Positions 1 through 9,743 of a DNA stretch of 61,029 bases are shown in pieces; positions within the stretch are counted from its first letter, which is position 1; the number at the start of each line of letters is the position of its first letter. The stretch covers positions 1 to 61,029 of the forward strand of contig JBDRCZ010000115.1 of the NCBI GenBank assembly GCA_043821285.1. The letters are read 5' to 3'. Under the pieces are notes generated by a model. The model was not told the origin of the DNA and did not search any database. It saw nothing but the letters and a program-made list of their open reading frames with translations. The position numbers and the translations under genes were made by a program. The stretch is from Candidatus Omnitrophota bacterium. Its GTDB lineage: Bacteria > Omnitrophota > Gorgyraeia > B26-G9 > JBDRCZ01.

Positions 1-666
1 GCTTTCTTTAAGCCGTCTTAAGAATTGCAGCAGGCTAAAGTGGTTATTTCCGTTATTATGCAGCCGCGGCTCATGTATTTTGTTAAGAAAATGCCATGAG
101 AGCATCCGCCAGATAAATGCAAAACTAAATAAAAGCGCAAACCCTCCAAACACATTGATCTTTTTCATAAGATAAAGAAAAAATCCCGCCATAACCATAG
201 CTCCAGCTGTCACAAAACCCAGCGTTCTGTTCCGCCAGCCAAAGTACTGACCTCTTTTGTCTTTATGCACCAAATCCGACATTAAGCTTCCCCATGCCGG
301 ATTGGCCAAAGCGCCGCAGCAAGTGAATAATACCACGATGGTGATAAATATAGTTGGAGAATGCTGTTTAAAGAGCGCCACCGCAATCATGGGAATAAAC
401 ATCATTGACTGTAAAAACACAAAGATAGTAATTATCTTCTTGCGGGAATTAATCCGCTCAACGATGTCCGCGCTTTTCAACTGAACCAAAGAAGCGATAA
501 GATTAGGAAAGGCACTCAGGAATCCCACATGCCGCACCGTCCCCCCCAACAGAAGTAAAAAGGGAGTAAAATACTCCTGGGTAAAGCCAGTCATCGCACT
601 GGCAAATACCCCCTCCTTGAAGGATACCTTTAAACTTTTTTTCACTTTAGCGTCATTTGTGTTCAT
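1..666 (-). CDS. MFS-type transporter, N-terminal 222 codons (3' end lies beyond window start)
   Basis: Absent from ORF track because it runs off the edge. My translation from ATG at 664-666: MNTNDAKVKKSLKVSFKEGVFASAMTGFTQEYFTPFLLLLGG...GSLMSDLVHKDKRGQYFGWRN...; successive hydrophobic helices plus an MFS loop 2-3-like signature (D-x-x-x-x-K-R-G). Confidence 0.6.
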   Translation of the reverse strand, partial: MNTNDAKVKKSLKVSFKEGVFASAMTGFTQEYFTPFLLLLGGTVRHVGFLSAFPNLIASLVQLKSADIVERINSRKKIITIFVFLQSMMFIPMIAVALFKQHSPTIFITIVVLFTCCGALANPAWGSLMSDLVHKDKRGQYFGWRNRTLGFVTAGAMVMAGFFLYLMKKINVFGGFALLFSFAFIWRMLSWHFLNKIHEPRLHNNGNNHFSLLQFLRRLKES

Positions 667-699
667 TGTCTCTAAAAATATCAGCCAAGAACTGTACTA

Positions 700-1659
700 T
701 CAGCCTCTCATGATTAAGAAAGAAATATAGCCAATGTATAAAACAATAAAAATAATACCTTCCCATCTATCCAGTTTATGCTTTTTGCCGGTGAACATAC
801 AAAGAAAAAGAAGCATTGAGGCAAGTATCGCCATTCCCGCATCAATATTTAACTCCTTACGGAATGGCAAAGGTTTAATAATTGCGCTTATGCCAAGAAT
901 AAAAAAGATATTAAAAATATTTGAACCGACAATATTGCCTATGGCAATTTCTGCATTTTTCTTATATGCGGCAACCGCTGATGTCGCTAATTCCGGCAAG
1001 GAGGTGCCGGCAGCTACAATAGTAAGCCCGACAAGCGACTGGCTTACCCCTAACTTTTGCGCAAGATACACCGCCCTGTCAACAACCAGGTTAGCGCCCA
1101 GAAATAACCCTCCCAAACCAAGTATAATTTTAAACAGAACTTTTCGCAGCCGATACTCTGTTTTATTCACATATTTATTTATGCCCGTAATATCCCTGGC
1201 GATGCTCGCTGTATAATAGAGAAATATAATAAAAAATGCGATAAAGATAATGCCATCAATACGGGTTAACGTCGAAAACCCTACTCCGTCAAAAAATGCA
1301 TCATTTGCCAAAACTCCCACCAGAACTGCGGCTAAGAGACTCAAAGGGATCTCCTTCCATACAGTTCCTTTTGTAACAGCCATGGGATAAACTACTGCCG
1401 CTATGCCGAGGATAAGTAAAATATTAGATATATTGCTGCCTAAAACATTTCCTATTGCGATATCAGTGTTACATTGGAAACTTGCAAAAATGTTCACGAA
1501 CAATTCCGGCAATGACGTGCCAAAGGCAACAACAGTAAGTCCCACGGTTAAGTCAGAAACGCTTAACTTACGCGCCAAGGATGAGGCGCCATCAACAAAA
1601 TCGCCAGCTCCTTTGATAAGGAAAACAAAACCCATAATCAGCAATATATAGGGCAACAT
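700..1659 (-). CDS. Ca2+/Na+ antiporter, CaCA (YrbG-like) family
   Basis: 319 aa polytopic membrane protein with the two internal alpha-repeats GTSLPELFVN and GTSLPELATS typical of CaCA exchangers. Confidence 0.85.
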   Translation of the reverse strand: MLPYILLIMGFVFLIKGAGDFVDGASSLARKLSVSDLTVGLTVVAFGTSLPELFVNIFASFQCNTDIAIGNVLGSNISNILLILGIAAVVYPMAVTKGTVWKEIPLSLLAAVLVGVLANDAFFDGVGFSTLTRIDGIIFIAFFIIFLYYTASIARDITGINKYVNKTEYRLRKVLFKIILGLGGLFLGANLVVDRAVYLAQKLGVSQSLVGLTIVAAGTSLPELATSAVAAYKKNAEIAIGNIVGSNIFNIFFILGISAIIKPLPFRKELNIDAGMAILASMLLFLCMFTGKKHKLDRWEGIIFIVLYIGYISFLIMRG

Positions 1660-1833
1660 ACCTATTATTCGTTTTCTACATCCTCAAGATACGCTGTGAT
1701 GTAAATTCCTTTTGTAAGAGGCGGTTGTTTTCAGCTGCGGAATATCTCTTCCCCCACTTCTCGCCAATCCTAGTAATAAAAACATCTGTACCAAAAATAA
1801 GAATATATTATGTTCGTTTAAACAATGCATTCT

Positions 1834-3051
1834 TTACTCTCGTTTTGTCCTCGTATTGTTGGATACAGGGGGCCCCTCAATACACAACCTGATGTTACGA
1901 GTGCTAATATTTACAATGGTTAAATGGGGCGGTAAATCTATGTCGGAGGCAGTAATTGCCGCCTCATAATAGCTATTATCCAATTTATTTAAATCCTCTA
2001 AATGAAATAATTTTAAAACTAAGTTGATATCACTGACACCCACAAAATAGAAATCCCTTCTGCGAGCAGAAAGAATTATCTTAATTTCATCCGGTTTAGT
2101 TTTTTTCACTATAAAATCGCTGGCTAAGCCGGTATGCTGAACCGGGATATCAAAGCTCTTATAGACGATAACCGATTCATGAACAAAAATAAACCATAAA
2201 GCAAAGGCAAGAAAAAATGCTATAAACTTATCTTTCCAATTTTTAAGTATGATGTTTTTAAAATTCTGCTGCTGAAGTGTGGGGTTTGTTTCCCGGTGAA
2301 AATTTTCCAATAATTTTGTAAGCTCTTCCATGTTTTCTATCTTAGCAATTTCCCCGAGGTGCGATAAGGATACATTGCCCGTTTCCTCGGACACAACAAC
2401 ACAGAGAGCATCAGTGGTCTCAGATATTCCGAGCGCCGCAGCATGCCTTAACCCCTGTTCTTTTATTTTCTGCAGGTTCTTAGACAAGGGTAGATGGGCA
2501 GCAAATTCTGTTACTAAACCATTATCTATTATGACTGCGCCGTCATGGCCGGCAGAGTGTGGGTCGAAAATGCTCTTTAAGAGCGGCTCGCTTAATGTTC
2601 CGTTCAGAGAAATCCCTCCGTGAAGATACCTTGAAAGCATGTCTTTGCCTTTTACAACGATGAGCGCACCTCTTTTCTCATGTCCTAAATGAAAAACAGT
2701 ATTCATGATAATTTCCGTCTGCCTCGAAATAGCCTGCGAAACTCCCTGCTTTTTTAAAGCAGGCTTTAAACTTACAAGCGCTATGTTTTCAAAAAACCGC
2801 TTGATTTCATCCTGAAAAATAACCACCACCACAACAATAATCGCCGCAAAAAAAGCCTGAAGCGCAGATGAAACAAGTTGTAACTTTAGCCCCTTAGATA
2901 GTAAAAGGGCAATGCCGGTGATAATAATACCCCGAATGACCATTACGGCTTTTGTTTTTCTAAACAATACAAAAAATAAATATATTATTGTCGCTGCCAG
3001 AAAAATATCAACCCAATCCATAACTGTTATCTTGTTCAAAAACTCAATCAT
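1834..3051 (-). CDS. cdaA: Diadenylate cyclase (CdaA-type DAC domain) fused to a C-terminal YbbR/CdaR-like domain
   Basis: N-terminal TM helices. DAC motifs GALIVV, HDGAVII, GLRHAAALGISETTDALCVVVSEETGNVS. Then a TM segment (NWKDKFIAFFLAFALWFIF) and a YbbR-like beta domain. Confidence 0.75.
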   Translation of the reverse strand: MIEFLNKITVMDWVDIFLAATIIYLFFVLFRKTKAVMVIRGIIITGIALLLSKGLKLQLVSSALQAFFAAIIVVVVVIFQDEIKRFFENIALVSLKPALKKQGVSQAISRQTEIIMNTVFHLGHEKRGALIVVKGKDMLSRYLHGGISLNGTLSEPLLKSIFDPHSAGHDGAVIIDNGLVTEFAAHLPLSKNLQKIKEQGLRHAAALGISETTDALCVVVSEETGNVSLSHLGEIAKIENMEELTKLLENFHRETNPTLQQQNFKNIILKNWKDKFIAFFLAFALWFIFVHESVIVYKSFDIPVQHTGLASDFIVKKTKPDEIKIILSARRRDFYFVGVSDINLVLKLFHLEDLNKLDNSYYEAAITASDIDLPPHLTIVNISTRNIRLCIEGPPVSNNTRTKRE

Positions 3052-3099
3052 CGATAATACACTCCCATATAAACCAGCAGCTATTGATCTCCTATCTGT

Positions 3100-3873
3100 T
3101 CAATTAACCTCTAATATTCTCCATGCAGCCCAGTCTATCGGAACAGCAACTACATATATCCGGACACTTGTTAAAATACGATTGGGGTCCCCCAATAGTT
3201 TCAAAGGGATACGCATGGTTATCTCTTTAGGCTTACGTTCAACCTGTATCGTTTCTAAAGGAAGGCTCCGTTTTTGGTCAAAAATTTTATGCTCAACCAT
3301 TCCAAATTGAAGATGAATTTTCGGCATTTCTGAAAAAGACATATCTTTGCTATAACCAAATAAATATAATGAAACACCGGTAGACTTTCCTAAGGGACGG
3401 GATAATTTAAGCGTAAAAATGAGCACATCTTTTTCGATTCTTAAGAATTCTTCCTCTATCCCCACAAACTCTGCGCGCTCCTCATCGAGAATTTCTTCTG
3501 GTAATTCCTTTAAATACTCATCCATGGAAGAAACCAGCGGGATAGAATCTTTTTGTGACTTTAAGTTCACGATGGGAAAATCGCCATAAAGTTCGTTTGC
3601 GCGGATGAATGAAAGAAGATATTTTGCACTCGCTTTATACTGCGAGTAATGTTTTTGAATTGCCAGATAATTTTTTTCAACCTCCTCTTTTTCCAATGGC
3701 AAAATCTTCCAATCTGCTTTTGAAAGTTCTTTTTTAGAAAAATCACCTTCATTATTTTTTGCTGACACATGAGAATATCCAAACAAAAAGATAGATAGCA
3801 GACCAAATAATAAATATTTCTTAACGCTAAATTTATTTTTTTGGATTTTTCTTTTTATTTTATTCCAGCTCAT
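3100..3873 (-). CDS. Hypothetical secreted protein
   Basis: ORF 3100..3948. Likely start is the internal Met at 3873 (MSWNKIKRKIQKNKFSVKKYLLFGLLSIFLFGYSHVSA, a signal-peptide-like N-terminus). No family recognised. Confidence 0.45.
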   Translation of the reverse strand: MSWNKIKRKIQKNKFSVKKYLLFGLLSIFLFGYSHVSAKNNEGDFSKKELSKADWKILPLEKEEVEKNYLAIQKHYSQYKASAKYLLSFIRANELYGDFPIVNLKSQKDSIPLVSSMDEYLKELPEEILDEERAEFVGIEEEFLRIEKDVLIFTLKLSRPLGKSTGVSLYLFGYSKDMSFSEMPKIHLQFGMVEHKIFDQKRSLPLETIQVERKPKEITMRIPLKLLGDPNRILTSVRIYVVAVPIDWAAWRILEVN

Positions 3874-4061
3874 TGATGGCTTTCTCCAAGATATAGGCAC
3901 CAAAAAATAGACACATTTCATCGGAGCTTTCGGGTATATTTGAAGCAAATTGCGATTTTAGCAAAGCAGCTTCCTGAATTTTGTCTGCCCTGGACATTTT
4001 AAGTCAAGGATATTGGCGGCCAGACCCGGCGGCTTGCCGCGGGGAATCCTGGCACGATTTT

Positions 4062-6032
4062 TTAATTCTTTTCTTTCTTAAAAATGACTATCCCAAGCGG
4101 AGGTAAAATAAGAGAAATTGATTGGTACCTTCCGTAAGAAGAGACTGGTGCAGCTTCCACACCTCCTAAATTGCCGTAGCCGGCACCGCCGTATGTTTTA
4201 GCATCACTATTCAATACTTCTTTCCAGTATCCACAACCGGGAACACCTATTTTATAGTTGCTTCGCGGCTCTGGAGTGAAGTTGCATACGATAAGCAATA
4301 CCTCTGCCGAAGAACGGCCCCGCCGGATAAAACTTATAATGCTTTTTTCTGTGTCGTTACAGTCTACCCATTGAAAACCTGCTGACTCAAAATCAACTTC
4401 ATAGAGAGCAGGCTCGCTTCTATAAAAATGATTTAAATCCTTAACCCACTGCTTAATTCCTTGATGTTGTGGATACTGAAGAAGATGCCAATCTAAACTC
4501 TGCTCATGATTCCATTCATTCCATTGGCCAAATTCTCCGCCCATAAAAAGGAGTTTCTTACCAGGATGGGTATAGAAATATCCAAGAAGCAGGCGTAAGT
4601 TAGCGCGCTTTTGCCAATCATCTCCAGGCATCTTGGCTAAAAGAGACCCTTTGCCATAGACAACCTCATCATGAGAAAGGGATAATACAAAATTCTCGTT
4701 GAATGCATATATCATACTAAAACTAAGTTGATTATGGTGATATTTACGATAAATAGGGTCGTGCGACATGTACTCTAAGGTATCGTGCATCCACCCCATA
4801 TTCCATTTCATCCCAAAACCCAGCCCGCCTAAATACTGCGGCCTTGTCACCATTGGCCAGGCAGTTGACTCTTCAGCAATCATCTGCACCTCAGGGAATG
4901 TGCTGTAAACAGCCTCATTCAATCTTCTGGTAAAACTTATCGCCTCTAAATTTTCCCGTCCGCCGTATTCATTAGGAATCCACTCACCGTCCTTTCGGGA
5001 ATAATCCAAATATAACATTGAAGCTACCGCATCCACGCGTAAGCCATCTATATGATATTTATCAAGCCAGAAGAAGGCATTACTTATTAAAAAATTACGC
5101 ACTTCATTCCTGCCGTAGTTAAAAATATAACTCTGCCAGTCTGGGTGAAATCCCTTTCTTATATCCGCGTGTTCATAAAGGTGCGTCCCGTCGCCATAGA
5201 TTAATCCCGGCACATCAGAAGGAAAATGTGAAGGTACCCAGTCTAAAATAACTCCAATATCATTCTGATGAAGACACTCAATTAGATACATAAAATCTTG
5301 CGGCGTTCCATACCTGCTTGTGGGAGCAAAATAACCGACAATCTGATATCCCCAAGAACCGTAGAAAGGGTGCTCCATTACCGGTAAAAACTCAACATGA
5401 GTAAATCCCATCTCTTTTAAGTAATCCACTAAATAATCTGCTAATTCTCTATAGGTAAGAACTCGATTATTTTCTTCCGGGACCCTTTGCCAAGAACCAA
5501 GGTGAATTTCATATATAGAGATAGGCGAATTCAAACGATTAAATCTCCCCCGATTTTTCATCCAGCCTTCATCACCCCAGTGGTACTTTAGGTCCCATAT
5601 GCGGGAAGAAGTTTTTGGAGAAACTTCCCAGTAGAATCCATAAGGGTCTGATTTGTCTACTCGATAGTTATGGTATTTAGAAATAATATGATACTTATAA
5701 AATGTACCTTCTTTTACCCCCGGGATAAACCCTTCCCAAATACCTGAGGTATCCCACCTTGACTTTAACGGATGCCCGTTTTTATTCCAGCTATTAAAAT
5801 CTCCGATTACAGAAACATATTCTGCATTGGGAACCCAAATTGCAAAATAAACGCCTTCTTTACCATCTATCGTCATTTTATGCGCACCCAACTTTTCATA
5901 AAGCCGGAAATGACTGCCTTCCTTAAAAAGATAAATATCCTGTTCGCTAAAAAGAGTCGGGCCGCAAATTACATCCCCAATATTCGCTAATTTATCAACA
6001 TGTTTCTGTTTTCTCCTTATCTTCTGTGACAT
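4062..6032 (-). CDS. glgB: 1,4-alpha-glucan branching enzyme (GH13)
   Basis: [25 protein letters not shown] and [15 protein letters not shown] motifs. Start moved to ATG 6032 (MSQKIRR), which follows GGGGGAA with 5-nt spacing. Confidence 0.93.
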   Translation of the reverse strand: MSQKIRRKQKHVDKLANIGDVICGPTLFSEQDIYLFKEGSHFRLYEKLGAHKMTIDGKEGVYFAIWVPNAEYVSVIGDFNSWNKNGHPLKSRWDTSGIWEGFIPGVKEGTFYKYHIISKYHNYRVDKSDPYGFYWEVSPKTSSRIWDLKYHWGDEGWMKNRGRFNRLNSPISIYEIHLGSWQRVPEENNRVLTYRELADYLVDYLKEMGFTHVEFLPVMEHPFYGSWGYQIVGYFAPTSRYGTPQDFMYLIECLHQNDIGVILDWVPSHFPSDVPGLIYGDGTHLYEHADIRKGFHPDWQSYIFNYGRNEVRNFLISNAFFWLDKYHIDGLRVDAVASMLYLDYSRKDGEWIPNEYGGRENLEAISFTRRLNEAVYSTFPEVQMIAEESTAWPMVTRPQYLGGLGFGMKWNMGWMHDTLEYMSHDPIYRKYHHNQLSFSMIYAFNENFVLSLSHDEVVYGKGSLLAKMPGDDWQKRANLRLLLGYFYTHPGKKLLFMGGEFGQWNEWNHEQSLDWHLLQYPQHQGIKQWVKDLNHFYRSEPALYEVDFESAGFQWVDCNDTEKSIISFIRRGRSSAEVLLIVCNFTPEPRSNYKIGVPGCGYWKEVLNSDAKTYGGAGYGNLGGVEAAPVSSYGRYQSISLILPPLGIVIFKKEKN

Positions 6033-6104
6033 TTTGTTCCCCCATATTTTTCTAAGCAACCACAGACGCTATAGCGAAAAACGTTGTCGGTTACATTAGT
6101 TTTT

Positions 6105-6203
6105 GTATTGTGTGTCGTGTATTGTGTATTGCGTATTTTTATTGTCATCCTTTTAGTTTTTATGCGCAATACGAGTATTGTTAGCTTAGCCGTTACCGTA
6201 TTG
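6105..6203. repeat. GTATTG/CAATAC hexamer array in the treS-glgB spacer
   Basis: GTATTG at 6105, 6119, 6126, (GTATTT 6133), 6175, 6198; palindrome CAATACGAGTATTG at 6167-6180. The block gtttttatgcgcaatacgagtattg resembles 42181-42214. Confidence 0.6.
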
Positions 6204-6208
6204 TTAAC

Positions 6209-9200
6209 TTATTTATCTTCTGCCATACCCTTCAAAATGTATTTTAGTCCCCTTAAAGGAATAATAATCCAGTCCGGCCGATTGTTTAATTCATAACCTA
6301 GTTCATATACTGCTTTCTCTAAAAGAAAGGCTTCAAAAATAACCATAAACTCTTCTCTCTTTTTAGGAAGAAATTGTGCATCTTGTGTTGTTACAAGGTA
6401 GGAACGAAGGAAAACACTGCTTATATAGTGATACCATGCTTTGATCCATAGCTCTAAAAAATTCTTGTCTTCTTGATTAACCCATTGATGTTTTAGAAGC
6501 CCCGCATAGGCAGCATAATGAAATGAACGCACCATTCCGGCTATATCACGCAAAGGTGAACGCTTAAGCCGCCTCTCACTCAAAGGACGCTGGGGCTCGC
6601 CTTCAAAATCTATAATCACAAAATCCTTTCCGGTAAAGAGAACCTGGCCGAGATGATAGTCGCCATGTATGCGAATTTTCATTGCCGAGATCTTTTTTTC
6701 TAAAATCTTAGCCAGCCGCTTTAAAATTTCCCCTTGAGAAGCTAAGATTTCCGCAGCTTCAAGCTTTAGCTCTTTAGAACACTTATTAATGTTATCCTGC
6801 AAAAGGTGAAACACCCCTCTGGTTAAGCTCATCATGGACTGATAAACAGACCTTTGATAAAGTAATGAGAACGGCTCTGGAACAAAGTCTCCCTCATCCG
6901 ATAAAGAAGAAAGTGCAAGATGCAGCTCAGCGGTTCTTCTGCCCAGAAGGCCAACCATTTCCAAGAAAAATGCGCCAATCAGATCATTTAAAAACAAATA
7001 CTCCTCGGGAAAATCTTCTTCAAGAAAAAATGCAGAAATCTTGGGAATATTCTTAAGTTCAGCTTTCCTTGACAATACTCTTTCGAAAAATTTACTTACA
7101 TTATCCAAAGTAAAAAGCCAGGCATCCGTGGCATTAGGCAAAAACCCTTGTAATAGGCTTACAAATAAACTTCCTCCTGCTTCCTGGCGGTATTCAATAG
7201 CTCCGGCAAAAGAAGGGATATGCCCAAAATTTACTTTTTCATTGAGCATCTTTACTATTTCTGCATCCGGGTTAAGCCCTCGCTCTAATTTTCGAAAGAG
7301 CTTTAATATAAAAGTATTCTCATAGATAATCGAAGTATTGCTCTGTTCCGTGGCAAGTACCGAAGACTTAAGGGGGAGTTTTTTTGCCCCAAGCAAATTC
7401 TTAAATTTCTTACTCGGATAAAAAATAAATTCCCCTTCTGCCGCCTTTAATTTCTTTCGCCGGGCAATCATCTCGAGGGCACTCTCTTGAAATTCCTGAC
7501 TATACGCACCATCATAAAAAAATCCGTCTTCTTTATCCGTCTTTACAGAGGCAATAAGAGCCTGAGGAAACTGCTGCTGTAATAAATGCCACTTATCCCT
7601 TGAAGCAAAAAATAAAGGGAGAAGGTACATATTTGAAATACCTTCTTTATAATGGAGCTCAAGGATCAGCAAGTAATTTAAAAAGTTGTTCTCTTTAATT
7701 AGGACATGTTCAAGAATCCTGACCTTACGAATAACACGGCCTTTATCGCCAAACCAGCGGGACCTCAAAAGGTATGGAATAAGAACTTCTTGTTCAAGTG
7801 TCTCCTTTAACTCTTTTTCAAAGACATCCTTTCCACTCTCTTTGACAAAAATTCGGGGCAAAGCCGTAGGTTTTGCAGCCCGGATGACTTCTCTTTTCTT
7901 TCTCAATAAAAACCAATAATAATTATGCGGGCCTAAGGTAAGTATATATGGCGTCTTCTTAATTGGCGGAAATTGATTCCGGCTAAATACTTCCTCAGGT
8001 ATAAAGCCAGCGTAGCCGGAAAGATCTATTTCCGTAACTTGAGAAAACCGCGATAAATTGATAACTACGAGGATAATTTCATCAAGGCAGCGGCGGACAA
8101 ATGCGAGTATTTTTGGATTATGCGGACTTAAGAATTGAATTTCTCCTCTGCTAAAGGACTTAAAATGCTTGCGCATTACTAACACACGTTTCATCCACCA
8201 AAGAAGTGACCCTAAGTTTCGCTCCTGATTTTCAACATTGATTGCCTCATAATGATATTCCGGGTCAATAATCACTGGTAAATAAAGCTGTTGTGGATTT
8301 GCCTTAGAAAAACCCGCGTTTCTATCCGGAGACCACTGCATGGGAGTACGTACTCCATTCCGGTCACCAAGATAGTGATTATCTCCCATACCAATTTCAT
8401 CACCGTAATAGATAACCGGGGTTCCCGGCAAAGAAAAAAGAAGAACATTCATAAGTTCTATCCTTCTTCTACTATTACCAAGTAACGGGGCTAAGCGTTT
8501 CCTTATTCCTAAATTAATTTTTACCCGAGGGTCTTGAGCATATACCCGGTACATATAGTCACGTTCTTCATCAGTAACCATTTCTAAAGTAAGCTCATCG
8601 TGATTACGCAAAAATAATGCCCATTGGCAGTTTTCAGGAATAGGCGGTGGAGGATCAAGAATGTCAATAATTGGAAAACGATCCTCCATTTGCAACGCAA
8701 TAAACATTCTGGGCATGACCGGAAAATTAAATGCCATGTGACACTCATCCCCATTTCCGAAATACCCTGCCGCATCCTCTGACCACTGGTTAGCCTCAGC
8801 TAAAATCATTTTGTTTTTAAACTTTTTGTCTACATGTGCTCTTAATTTCTTCAAAAACACATGGGTTTCCGGTAAATTCTCACAATTGGTGTCTTCGCGT
8901 TCATATAAATAAGGTACTGCATCCAAACGCATACCGTCCACGCCCATACCTAACCAGAAATCAAGCACGCTCAATATTGCTTTATGAACTCTCGGATTAT
9001 CATAATTGAGATCAGGTTGATGAGAATAAAAACGGTGCCAGTAGTAACTCGCGGCCGTGGAGTCCCATGTCCAGTTTGAACCTTCAAAATCCTTAAAGAT
9101 AACCCTGGCATCCTTGTATTTTTCCGGCGTAGCACTCCAGACATAAAAATTTCTCCACGCTGATCCATGATACGCCTGCCTTGATTTCTGGAACCAAGGG

Positions 9201-9553
9201 TGTTGATCCGAGGTATGGTTGATAACCAGCTCGGTAATCACCCTGATCCCACGCTTATGCGCCTGCTTGAGAAAGTCTTTAAAGTCTCCTAATGTGCCGT
9301 ATGTTGGATGAATAGAAAAATAATCTGCAATATCATATCCATCATCTTTAAGTGGCGAGGGATAAAAAGGCAGAAGCCATACCGCAGTAATCCCTAAACT
9401 TTTAAGGTAATCCAGCTTGCTAATTAGCCCTTTAAAATCACCAATACCGTCGTTATTACTATCACAAAATGTTTTAACGTGAAGCTCGTAAATAATTGCG
9501 TCTTTGTACCAAAGTGTATCATTTTCTGCTGGATAAACTTTTTTTGCTGGCAT
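6209..9553 (-). CDS. treS: Trehalose synthase fused to maltokinase (TreS-Pep2/Mak)
   Basis: 1114 aa. N-terminal GH13 TreS signature WYKDAIIYELHVKTF...FYPSPLKDDGYDIADY...INHTSDQHPWF. C-terminal kinase block HGDYHLGQVL...DFEGEP. SD GGGGAGG upstream. Confidence 0.9.
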   Translation of the reverse strand: MPAKKVYPAENDTLWYKDAIIYELHVKTFCDSNNDGIGDFKGLISKLDYLKSLGITAVWLLPFYPSPLKDDGYDIADYFSIHPTYGTLGDFKDFLKQAHKRGIRVITELVINHTSDQHPWFQKSRQAYHGSAWRNFYVWSATPEKYKDARVIFKDFEGSNWTWDSTAASYYWHRFYSHQPDLNYDNPRVHKAILSVLDFWLGMGVDGMRLDAVPYLYEREDTNCENLPETHVFLKKLRAHVDKKFKNKMILAEANQWSEDAAGYFGNGDECHMAFNFPVMPRMFIALQMEDRFPIIDILDPPPPIPENCQWALFLRNHDELTLEMVTDEERDYMYRVYAQDPRVKINLGIRKRLAPLLGNSRRRIELMNVLLFSLPGTPVIYYGDEIGMGDNHYLGDRNGVRTPMQWSPDRNAGFSKANPQQLYLPVIIDPEYHYEAINVENQERNLGSLLWWMKRVLVMRKHFKSFSRGEIQFLSPHNPKILAFVRRCLDEIILVVINLSRFSQVTEIDLSGYAGFIPEEVFSRNQFPPIKKTPYILTLGPHNYYWFLLRKKREVIRAAKPTALPRIFVKESGKDVFEKELKETLEQEVLIPYLLRSRWFGDKGRVIRKVRILEHVLIKENNFLNYLLILELHYKEGISNMYLLPLFFASRDKWHLLQQQFPQALIASVKTDKEDGFFYDGAYSQEFQESALEMIARRKKLKAAEGEFIFYPSKKFKNLLGAKKLPLKSSVLATEQSNTSIIYENTFILKLFRKLERGLNPDAEIVKMLNEKVNFGHIPSFAGAIEYRQEAGGSLFVSLLQGFLPNATDAWLFTLDNVSKFFERVLSRKAELKNIPKISAFFLEEDFPEEYLFLNDLIGAFFLEMVGLLGRRTAELHLALSSLSDEGDFVPEPFSLLYQRSVYQSMMSLTRGVFHLLQDNINKCSKELKLEAAEILASQGEILKRLAKILEKKISAMKIRIHGDYHLGQVLFTGKDFVIIDFEGEPQRPLSERRLKRSPLRDIAGMVRSFHYAAYAGLLKHQWVNQEDKNFLELWIKAWYHYISSVFLRSYLVTTQDAQFLPKKREEFMVIFEAFLLEKAVYELGYELNNRPDWIIIPLRGLKYILKGMAEDK

Positions 9554-9611
9554 GTATTCCTCCCCGTCTTTCGATGCGTATTATCAAAAGTCTCGTATAT
9601 TTTTAAGCATT

Positions 9612-9737
9612 AAGCAACCACAGATTCATTCACCACTGATTATCTCAGATTTTCCCCTTAAAATTCTTATAATTATCTGTGCAATCTGTGTAATCTGTAG
9701 TTGCTTTCAATTCTTTTATGCGATTTCTGACACTACC
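9612..9737 (-). repeat. REP/MITE-like hairpin element, copy 1
   Basis: Terminal inverted repeats AGCAACCACAGATT (9613-9626) and AATCTGTAGTTGCT (9692-9705). Three ATCTGTR heptamers at 9675, 9684, 9693. Ends with CTGACACTACC (9727-9737), 6 nt from the glgE stop. Close copies at 17296-17395 and 19227-19341. Confidence 0.75.
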
Positions 9738-9743
9738 GTTTTT

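Noticed and set aside
4020-4061. Sigma-54 promoter-like TGGCACG and a GC-rich hairpin downstream of glgB
   Set aside because: The -12 element (TTGC) is missing and the site points into the 3' end of glgB. The hairpin has a mismatch and no U tract, so neither a promoter nor a terminator can be supported.
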